From positions 434,001-498,000 of the forward strand of contig CDROCS010000052.1 in assembly GCA_977020255.1 (NCBI GenBank): a stretch of DNA of 64,000 bases. The letters run 5' to 3'. A model generated the notes under the pieces. The model was not told the origin of the DNA. It searched no databases and was given only the letters and a program-made list of their open reading frames with translations. Position 1 is the first letter of the stretch; the number at the start of each line of letters is the position of its first letter. The translations under genes were made by a program, and so were the position numbers. This document shows positions 39,500 through 47,978 of this stretch, one piece after another. This DNA comes from Obrimoposthia wandeli. Lineage: Eukaryota.

Positions 39500-40372
39500 A
39501 TACCATGAAATTTTACATTTATTACTCTCCCTTCAATTATATGTCGACATACTGGACATGAATGTAACCTTATGGAACATGAAATAGATGTTTTTACATG
39601 TCTGCATGGTAGAAATACTACTTCAATATGATTATTTAAACATACTACACATTCAGGTTCTTTTAACATGTATGAAAATATATTTATATATTGTTTTTTA
39701 GGGATTTTTTCTAAATTATATAAATCACAAATCATTTCAAATAGTGAATTATATTCTCCATATTGTATCATTTTATATTTTAAAACAGAATTCATTGTCT
39801 TTTCTGAAAAACCTTTTCAAGAATCTGATTTGGTTGATATCAATCAACATGTCGAACATTTTCTGTAGTTAAAGGATATTCAATTATACAATCTGTTTCG
39901 ATTTTCTCAATAACATTAACATCATTATAGGGTCCTATACATTTTGAATAACATATATCAGGTAATTTTACAACAATATCTGATACATATACTTTTCCAA
40001 TCAATGGTGATGTATCAAAATCAATTTTCTTATTACTAGTTTCAATTATTGGTACATTTGAAACTATTAACTTTAAAAGAAATGGACATGTAGGAAAAAA
40101 TGTCATATGTTGCTTCATTGGTTTACATTGCATCCATTCCCATTCAGATATTGCACCTTGAAATTTTCAAAATCCAATTTCCATTTGAGATCTCTGTAGA
40201 CATGTGAGCGAATTATTTCTTTAAGATGATCACGACTATCTTCATTTAAACTTGAAAAGTATTAAACTCCATTTATTGTTCCTTTTATAATTTCATCAAC
40301 AGTTTTATCAATATACATTTTACTTTATCTGTTGAATCATCATCATGTTTATAAAATCCGGGACCTATTGCC
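39500..40372 (-). pseudogene. Inhibitor of apoptosis (IAP), BIR-UBA-RING, disrupted
   Basis: BIR: GFYKH..DKVKCI/[insert]/QGAISEWE..PMKQHMTFFPTCPF (H-x6-C). UBA-like: KGFSEKTMNSVLKYKMIQYGEYNSLFEMICDL. IAP-type RING: CVVCLNNHIEVVFLPCRHVKTSISCSIRLHSCPVCR. Confidence 0.8.
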
Positions 40373-40380
40373 TTGAGTTA

Positions 40381-40690
40381 GTATGCACGATTTCGAGACT
40401 AAATTTTGGTCAAGTTCGGAAATCACGCATACTACCTCAAATAAAATTTGCAGTAAAGGGCCCCCAAGGGAAACTATTACCGTTGGTGTAGTATGCGTAA
40501 TTTTAATACAAAAATTAGGTCAAGTCTTGAAATCGTGCCTAAATTGTTTTGCAGTAAAAGGTACCTCTCTCCCCGGGGGTACTGGCGTATATGCAGGATT
40601 TCGAGACTAAATTTGGTCTGATTTCCGAAATCTTGCATACGACGCCAGACCAGACTTGGCGTTGTATGCAGGATTTCTAGACTTGATGAG
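40381..40690. repeat. Degenerate ~105-bp tandem repeat with internal imperfect palindromes
   Basis: gtatgca(c/g)gatttcgagactaaattt..ggtc..gaaatc..gcatac units at about 40381, 40491, 40589 and 40664 (partial). The first two linkers share tttgcagtaaa. Confidence 0.7.
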
Positions 40691-41146
40691 TAATTTTAAG
40701 CCATTTTAACGACATTAGTAGGTGGATGTGTCCGGTCTAATCCACACCCCTCCCCCCACTGTCCTTTAAAACCGTATATGTGTGTGGAGTGAAATTTCGT
40801 GCATGTGTGTGGAGTGAAATTTCGTGTATGTGTGTAGGTTTAAAAAAATTGAAAAAGCAACGAAGGGGAGGGGGAGTACCCACCACCCCACAAAAAAATT
40901 TAAAATTGTACTTTGAAATTTACCGCGAATCTCAATAGTGGTTAGAGAAGACCACAGGAATCCATATTGGCCCCGACGGCTTATTGCAGACGAGATTTCA
41001 AAAAATATATTACTACTATTTTTAAGAAAGATTTTAGATTACTACATGTTAAATATTTAGGCCAAATTTATAAGAGAAAATTAGATCTATATAATTTAGA
41101 GGAGAAAAAACAAAATACGAGTCAAAATTATTTTTCAAAACATTTA

Positions 41147-41455
41147 TTAAACATAAAACAACATATTGGCTTTCCTCAAAGTCCAAAGAGGCTGCATTTT
41201 CCAGTCATCAACAAAATATCCATTGAGACGTATTGAGATATTCCATAGTTCTTCATCTAGAATTGGAGCAATCAAATATCCTAGATCATCTTTAAAATCC
41301 AGACTGGGATCAGTTTCAAGCTGGAAACAATTTCCTTCATATACATAAACAGGAATGTAAAACCCCAAATTATTTTTCAATTGATCAATATCAGATGTTG
41401 TTAAAATTTCGATGAGATATTTATTCTCCACTTTTGATATTTTCACAGGATTCAT
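41147..41455 (-). CDS. Small Polinton protein, putative OB-fold/ssDNA-binding-like (102 aa)
   Basis: Intact ORF. The C-terminal LWNISIRLNGY..PLWTL is shared with 41703-42062 and 38880-39130. The fold is an inference. Confidence 0.55.
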   Translation of the reverse strand: MNPVKISKVENKYLIEILTTSDIDQLKNNLGFYIPVYVYEGNCFQLETDPSLDFKDDLGYLIAPILDEELWNISIRLNGYFVDDWKMQPLWTLRKANMLFYV

Positions 41456-41702
41456 AACTCGTATAATTTGATGCCTCTTTAATATATTACATAGTTTTTT
41501 TTTGAAATTCTATTGGATAATAAAAATTTCCTACACATCTCAGAAGAGAATCCATTCTAAAATAAGGAAACTGATTAAAAAACAATGTTTATAAAAAAAT
41601 ACATATAAGATACATATAAGATACAAAAAAAGCAAAACTGATTATTAATTGCCAAATGAAAGAAACATAGTAAAACCGATTACAATTTATTACATGAAAT
41701 AT

Positions 41703-42062
41703 TTAAAACATAGAAATATGAAGACATTCAATTTTCCCCATAGGCAACTTTGTTCCCATTTCATCTTTCTTGTAACCATAAAGTCGAATTGTTACAGTCC
41801 ATTGCTTCTTTTTTGGAAACGCATCAATATCAACATATCTTCCATAGTCATCTAGAAATGCTTCATCGGCTCCTCGGATATAAAATTCGTTCTTATTGAA
41901 AGTAAAATTCGGAACTGCCTTTCCAACATTTATATGTCTTCGTCACCGCTTATTATCCATTGGCTATCGTACATCGTTGATTATTGTTTTTGATATGAAT
42001 GCATTTACGGTGATTTGTCCTCCAATGGCGCATTCTTTTATATTAATTTCTAACAAAGACAT
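41703..42062 (-). pseudogene. Paralog of 41147-41455 (119 codons, two in-frame stops)
   Basis: MSLLEINIKEC...FYIRGADEAFLDDYGRYVDIDAFPKKKQWTVTIRLYGYKKDEMGTKLPMGKIECL. Confidence 0.55.
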
Positions 42063-42247
42063 GAATATCATTGGTTAATATATATAAAGCATTGATTGGA
42101 CTAAATCCATATTAAAAATCAAATTTGATTGGAAGAAATATATCATCCAATTATAATAGGTTTGCAAGATAATTACAAGAAACGTGCAATAAAAAAACAG
42201 GTTCAGATATATATAAAGAAGATTTTATAGAATACAATTTTAGTCTA

Positions 42248-42739
42248 ATGAAACTCGTAAATATAAATTATAAAGTTAGAACAGAAGATGATGTTTCGTA
42301 CTTACCATTCAATGAATGGAAGCCGATACAATATGTGGAAAAGTTTGACAATTTTACAGTTGTTATTTTTCCTACAGGTTAGTTTTTTATTTTATTTCAA
42401 TATTGAATTCTTTTAGGAAATTGTCGTGTTATGAGATGCAAAATACCAATGCTTGGGTTCAATTTACCATTTGGAATTCGAATCACTGCAATACAATAAA
42501 TCACGATTTCGGCTAATCTTGGGAAACAGATAAATCTTTTTAAAACTGCAGAGAAAATGAAAGTAGAATGCATGCTTGAACCAGAAATTTTTCCTGCTCT
42601 CAGTTATTTGAAGTTTAAACCGCTATGTGTAAATATATTTTCCAGTGGTAAATTGGGATTGAAAAATTTTGATTATCCAGACATTGTTGATTTGATTTTA
42701 GAAAATATATCTTATTACATCTTGTTATCTTTTCTATAA
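42248..42739 (+). pseudogene. TATA-binding-protein (TBP)-like gene with one 39-nt intron and one premature stop
   Basis: Exons 42248-42377 and 42417-42739. MKLVNINYK...VIFPTG|NCRVMRCK...IQ*ITISANLGKQINL...EPEIFPALSYLKFKPLCVNIFSSGKLGLK parallels the TBP LIFSSGKMVCTGAK and [27 protein letters not shown] motifs. Confidence 0.75.
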
Positions 42740-42758
42740 ACTATCCCGTTTAAACTTA

Positions 42759-42974
42759 TTGTTTCAAATGAATAATACTATAAATAGAGACAATGAAGTG
42801 GATCGTCTTGTCGACGAAATATTTTCAGGAAAAATTAGGGATAAACAAATTTTAGCAGAATTTAAAAATAATGAGATAACAAGAGATAACATTGATATAT
42901 TGGTTAGATCACACGTCATTCGAGAATTTAGAAATCGTACACAAATAAATAAAATTATAGCCAAAATTCATTAA
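42759..42974 (+). CDS. Small conserved Polinton ORF ('VRSHV' family)
   Basis: EVDRLVDEIFSGKI...RDNIDILVRSHVIREF; homolog at 39265-39470. Confidence 0.6.
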   Translation: MFQMNNTINRDNEVDRLVDEIFSGKIRDKQILAEFKNNEITRDNIDILVRSHVIREFRNRTQINKIIAKIH

Positions 42975-43076
42975 TTATTTTTTGTATTTCATCTACAATA
43001 GCTCTAACATTGTACATTTCAATAAGGAAACTTCTATGATAATATAAACAATATTAAAAATGAAAGGGTATATGCA

Positions 43077-43609
43077 ATGGAGCTAAATAATAATGCTGTA
43101 TTTCAAATAGTTGGTTAACCAAAACAGAAGTTTGCAAGTTGAAGGGAATAAAATTTATTGAAGGATTTGAAGCAAATTGGTGTGAAAGAGTGAAAAAAGA
43201 TGATGTAATAATAATTGATGATTTGTATCAGGAAGCTAACAAGGAATCGGACTTTAATAATTTATTTACAAAGATTGCAAGACATCGTGAAGTAACAGTT
43301 ATATTTATCACTCAAAATCTTTTTCACCAAGGAGGTCACCATAGAACAAGAAATCTTAATGTACATTACTTAGTTTTATTTAAAAATCCTAGAGATCAAA
43401 CAGTTGTAGATTTCGTGGTCAAACAGGCATTTCCCAAAAATAAGAACTTTCTAGTTGATTCATTCCATGATGCTGCTAAACAAGCACATGGGTATATATT
43501 TATTGACTTTACACAAGCTTGCCCAGATGATTTACGTGCTTTAACCAACATATTTAATTCTAAGAGAGTAACTGTTTATAAACAAATAGAGAACAATTAT
43601 AAAAAATAA
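43077..43609 (+). pseudogene. FtsK/HerA (A32-like) DNA packaging ATPase with Walker A region deleted
   Basis: Walker B IIIDD, FTKIARH, ITQNLF, YLVLFKNPRD and GYIFIDF are present. The start MELNNNAVFQIVG is followed directly by a stop and mid-protein sequence. Confidence 0.9.
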
Positions 43610-43616
43610 ATTTGCA

Positions 43617-43757
43617 ATGCCTTTTAAGAAGTTGATAGTAAAACGTAAAGTAAAATCTAAGAAATCAAAGAAAAGAATCATTAAGAAAAAAGAAGTGAAA
43701 AAATTAATCAAATCTGTAGTTAGAAATAAAAGAAAACTTAAATGTCTTCGAATATAA
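43617..43757 (+). CDS. Very basic 46-aa peptide (putative virion core / DNA-condensing protein)
   Basis: MPFKKLIVKRKVKSKKSKKRIIKKKEVKKLIKSVVRNKRKLKCLRI, located between the ATPase and pX-like ORFs. Confidence 0.45.
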   Translation: MPFKKLIVKRKVKSKKSKKRIIKKKEVKKLIKSVVRNKRKLKCLRI

Positions 43758-43769
43758 ACAATATTCGAA

Positions 43770-44117
43770 TTGAACCTTTTTATTAAAATGAAGAAAATAC
43801 AAAGAAGCATACCCTATGTTAAAGCTTTGGTCAAAGCCTCTTCTCATAAGAGAATGATTATTCTTAAAGCATTTCCATCTTTTGTTGTAGATGATTTATT
43901 GGAAGTTTTGTATAATATAGTTTTGGGTCGAGTAAAAGTTGGAAATCGGAAAAATATATTAAAGAAATATAGAAAAACTCTTCTAGATATTGCTAATGTA
44001 AAAAGTAAAAAAAGGAAACGAAATATTATTCTTAAACATAATGGTGGTTTCATAGGGGCTGTTATTCCAGTTGTTGCTTCAATTATCAGTAGTATTATAG
44101 CTGCGACACGTTCATAA
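43770..44117 (+). CDS. Polinton core protein, adenovirus pX/mu-like C-terminus
   Basis: Basic body ending in KHNGGFIGAVIPVVASII: a GG-F protease-site-like motif plus hydrophobic tail, as in the conserved small Polinton/adintovirus ORF. Confidence 0.65.
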   Translation: MNLFIKMKKIQRSIPYVKALVKASSHKRMIILKAFPSFVVDDLLEVLYNIVLGRVKVGNRKNILKKYRKTLLDIANVKSKKRKRNIILKHNGGFIGAVIPVVASIISSIIAATRS

Positions 44118-44203
44118 ACAATTATTTATAAAATCAGTTAAAGATATGGGTACTAACCCTTCTTTACCTAAATTTAAATTTTCTTTCTATTCAAATTGTT
44201 GTA

Positions 44204-45231
44204 ATGGAGAAGATATGGTTCAATCCAAAAGATCCAATTGGCTACACAGGAGTTTCAAAATTAGCAAAATGAACAAAACAAAATTACAAGAAAACGCAGA
44301 AATGCCTGAGCGACCAGTTAGCCTACAGTCTGAACAAGCCGATGAGAAGAAGGTTTCCAACTAGAGCTTACAAAACCAGTGGTCCTAATAATTTATGGCA
44401 AATTGATTTGATGGAGATGATCCCATATTCTTCCATTAATAAGGGATATCGATATATTTTAACATGTATTGATGTATTTAGCAGGTTTGCTCGTTTAATT
44501 CCAGTTAAAGCAAAGTCTTCAATAGCTATGCTTGAAGCCGTTAAAGAAATATTAAAAGAGGACATTCCACAAAATGTGCAAACTGATTTAGGAAAAGAAT
44601 TTTATAATAAGCAAGTTCAATCATTAATTAAACAAAATAATATAAATCACTACTCTGTGTTTTCACAATACAAAGCAGCAGTAGTAGAAAGATTTAATCG
44701 TACTTTAAGAGATTGAATAAAAAGGTATTTCACAAAAGAAGGAAATAAAAAATGGATCCAAGTTTTACCTAAAATAATACATGCATATAATCACTCTGAA
44801 CATAGAGGTCTCAAGGGAATGATACCTGTTGATGTTACTAATAAAAACTATATGGATATTTGGATGGACATGAATAAAAAAGAAAATATTAAAAAAGCTA
44901 AATATAAGAAAAACAAATATGTTCGAATTTCGAAAATTAGCTCTACTCCATTTATTAAAACTTTGATCAGAATTGGAGCGATGAAATATTTTGTATAAGT
45001 AAAATTGATCAAAAGAGTAATCCAATAATGTATACTATTAAAAATGTTGACAATAATATCATTCACGGTAAATTTTACGAGCAATAACTACAAGTAATAT
45101 CAAATAAACCTAGCGTTTTCCGTATTTAAAAAATATTAAAATCTAAGGGTACCGGTAAACATAAACAATACTTTGTTAAAGGGCATGGTTATTCAGACAC
45201 AACTTGGATATCAGCATCTAATATAATATGA
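44204..45231 (+). pseudogene. Retroviral-type (rve) integrase with C-terminal chromodomain-like region, several stops
   Basis: WFNPKDPIGYTG start; WQIDL, CIDVFSRFA, VQTDLGKEFYN and VVERFNRTL (D,D,E); KILKSKG..QYFVKGHGY..TWISASNI tail. The stop TGA overlaps the penton ATG (ATGA). Confidence 0.92.
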
Positions 45232-45975
45232 AGTCTATGTATATGGTTTTACCTAGTAACGGATGCCTGAAGACTCAACCAGATAATGACGTTAGTAGCT
45301 TTATTATCGATTGGGAAAATCCTATACTTCTGCAAGGAGAATGGGAAGCACCTTTAACAGAATTTTCCTTTTATTATTCTCCAATAACTATTAGAAAAAA
45401 CTCACATATTTCGTTTACAAAAGAAGTTGATCATGAAAATACAACTGAAGTTGTGATCGGGTTTGATAGTAAAGGAAAATTATATTACAATTGTAAAGAT
45501 AAAGAAGTGAAAGTAATATATGAAAAAAACAAAGTCAGATTTAAAAATAGATCAAAACATTTTTCAACCTATTCAAATTATATTTGCATCTGAAAGAGAA
45601 GCTCTTCAATTCGGTTTTGACAGTGGACATGTAGTAGGTATGAAGAGATCTGATATTGCCTCATCTAAATCGTTTAAAAATGTTCCTGATAGAGTAACAA
45701 GTGCGTTTTTAGTTGAAACGAGACCAAAGTATGTAGTGGAACTGAAAATGTTTTCAAAAGATTATAAATTAGATAGAGAAGTGAATTTCTGTAAATTAAT
45801 ACAGAAGGAATGTAGTGAATATTTCGATAAATATGTAACATTAAAAAATGGTAAAATAACGTTTACAGTAAAGAGCAATATAATACGCATTTTATTTGAT
45901 GATAAACTCGCTAAAAACCTTGGTTTAAACAGAAATAACAGAAACCCATACTGCAATAAAAACCATAAAAGCTAA
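45228..45975 (+). pseudogene. Minor capsid (penton-like) protein N-terminal part, frameshifted and truncated
   Basis: MYMVLPSNGCLKTQPDNDVSSFIIDWENPILLQGEWEAPLTEFSF matches the Polinton F.x.LPSN....P.N..S.F...L..P..L.G.WEV.L.E motif. Confidence 0.75.
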
Positions 45976-46022
45976 AAATAAGGCAAAACTTTTAAATGCT
46001 GTTAATCATTTATATATTTATA

Positions 46023-47978
46023 CTAATTTAATAGAACCAATTGTACTGGTTCCTTCTTCTTTGGCCTGGCCGGTTTCTTTTTCGGCTTCACCGGTTGCTT
46101 TGTAGCAATTGTCCTTCCCTCAGGTTTTGGCAATAGTTGCCGCAACTTTTTGGGAGGAGGTGCAGCCGATGTTGATGACCCCGACATAGAAGCAGTAGCC
46201 TTTTTCTTCCGCGGAGCTTTCTTCTGTTTCTCCTCCTTCTCACGCTGAAGCTGGCGTGAGACGGCATCCTGTTGCCCTAGCGAATCTGGAAGCATTGCCG
46301 GTGTATCCAGTTCCGCCAGGAATTCGTCCAATCCAGCTTCATCCCAGGCCCTCTTTAAGTTCTGGCTGGTTGTTGGACGAGGAGAAGTCAGTGATGTCTC
46401 CTGCAGGCGTCGTTGACTTGATGGCGGACTAATCTCGATCGGTGAGACTGGAATCCTCTCGTATAAAATTGGACCGTCGTCCACTGGAAATGGGAGAAAC
46501 TCTTGTCGTCCAATCACCGCCTCAGAATAATGGCCAATTGAGGTGTTATATTTTCTCGAGCGCCTCGTCTTCTTCATCTCTGCTCGCTTCGTCCGTTTCT
46601 TTGGAAAAGAAGTAATTTCTCTCCAAGCCTCCTCAATTATCCGGACAGGTTCCTGCAGAGAAAACATTAATCAAATTAATTTATATAAAAAATATTTAAA
46701 TATCTAAAATTTTACCTCAATAATCTTATACGGAAGTTTTTCCTGCCGCTCTATCGTTACTTCGCTCGATTTGAGCAGACAAGATTTTGCCTTTCTAAGA
46801 CGCCTCGTCTTCCGTACAGCAGCCTGCCTCGTTCGCTTCTGCGGGAAAGGATAAATTTTGCCCCATGTCTCCTCAGTTAATTGTATTGGTTCCTGCAACA
46901 AAAAACATAAATAAAATTTTAAAATATAAATAATTTACCTGTTTCCCCAACTTGGCCTTCTTCCGATGGACTGTGTGGGTTTTGACCCGATGGCGTCGAG
47001 GTTTCTTAATCGCCGCTTGTTTCCTATCGACGGGTAGTCTGAGAGTTGCCTCCTCCCAAATTTCCTCCACCAATTCGGCTTCCTATGTGAATAATTAAAA
47101 TAATTAACTAATTTATAATAATATACCTCAAATTTAGCCGGAGTCGGTAGGTATTGCTGATCCCTCCTGGGATCATCCTGGCTACATTGACTCGCCAAGT
47201 ACTGCAGTTCAATCGGCCTCTCCATCGTGGTCACTGACGGTGCCAAATCCAGTTGAAGTTTCTGAAAATGAAAATAAAAAACATTTAAAATAAATGATTT
47301 CTAACCTCATTCGTCGCCTTTATTCTTCTAACAGGACGTATCGGAGATTGCGGCCTTCTGAACGGATCGGGCACCGTATTGTCGGCTTGCGGAGATGGTG
47401 TTGCAGAGGGAGTGAGATGATCGTTGGCTCCTGGGGTCTCCGACACTTGGCTGTATCCATTCGTCGATGAATGGAGTCAAGTCCTCCTCACCATCCGACG
47501 GAACGTCATCGGTGAATAGCTCCTCGTCTGAGTCTGGTGCGAGTACTATCTCCGGCTGAGACAGCAGGATCAATTTCCAGGGGCATTTGATTGCCGCCTC
47601 AAAATTCTGGAAGAGATTGGATCTCCTTGCTGCTACTGTTGAAGTTACCGGACGATTGGGTTTTGTATTTTGCCTGGGAGTACAATTCTCAATCGAATCC
47701 TGACTAGTCAGGTCGATATATTGGAATCTCTGTATCCCACCTCTCACGCTCATTGGTTCTTCTCTCGGAGTTGAGCTGGCCAATGGCGGTTCTTCTAGCA
47801 ACAGCTCGGCTCTTGCTGCTGCTTCTCCTTCGTCTCCTTCACTCACCACCGATGAGTCTTGACTAAGTAAGTCAATGTACTGTGCCAGTGGTTGCGTTCG
47901 CTGCTGTACTGGAGAGAAATCCCCATATAGATGTACCTCCATCTCTTCATCCAAATCGACGTTGTTGAAATTTGCCAT
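46023..47978 (-). pseudogene. Five-exon intrinsically disordered protein gene (copy B), about 585 aa, single +1 frameshift in exon 1
   Basis: Exons 47978-47306 (673 nt), 47261-47127 (135), 47082-46939 (144), 46892-46716 (177) and 46652-46023 (630). Phase-0 GT-AG introns of 44, 44, 46 and 63 nt. TATATAA at 48020-48014. Confidence 0.85.

Larger units (their letters stand above)
38227..40375. mobile_element. Polinton-family fragment (copy C) with two adjacent degenerate termini (38227, 38486)
   Basis: agtaggtggttgtgtccggtcaaatccac and attaggtggatgtgtctggtctaatccac. 38680-39130 is homologous to 40960-41440 of copy B. Carries an ATPase N-terminus, a VRSHV ORF and an IAP. Confidence 0.75.

Noticed and set aside
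40381-40690. Palindromic repeat-spacer (CRISPR-like) pattern
   Set aside because: The first two 'spacers' are homologous to each other (tttgcagtaaa..ccc..ggg), so this is a degenerate tandem repeat.
45975-46023. PolB, major capsid or adenain genes
   Set aside because: No matching motifs anywhere in the window; the core is deleted here.
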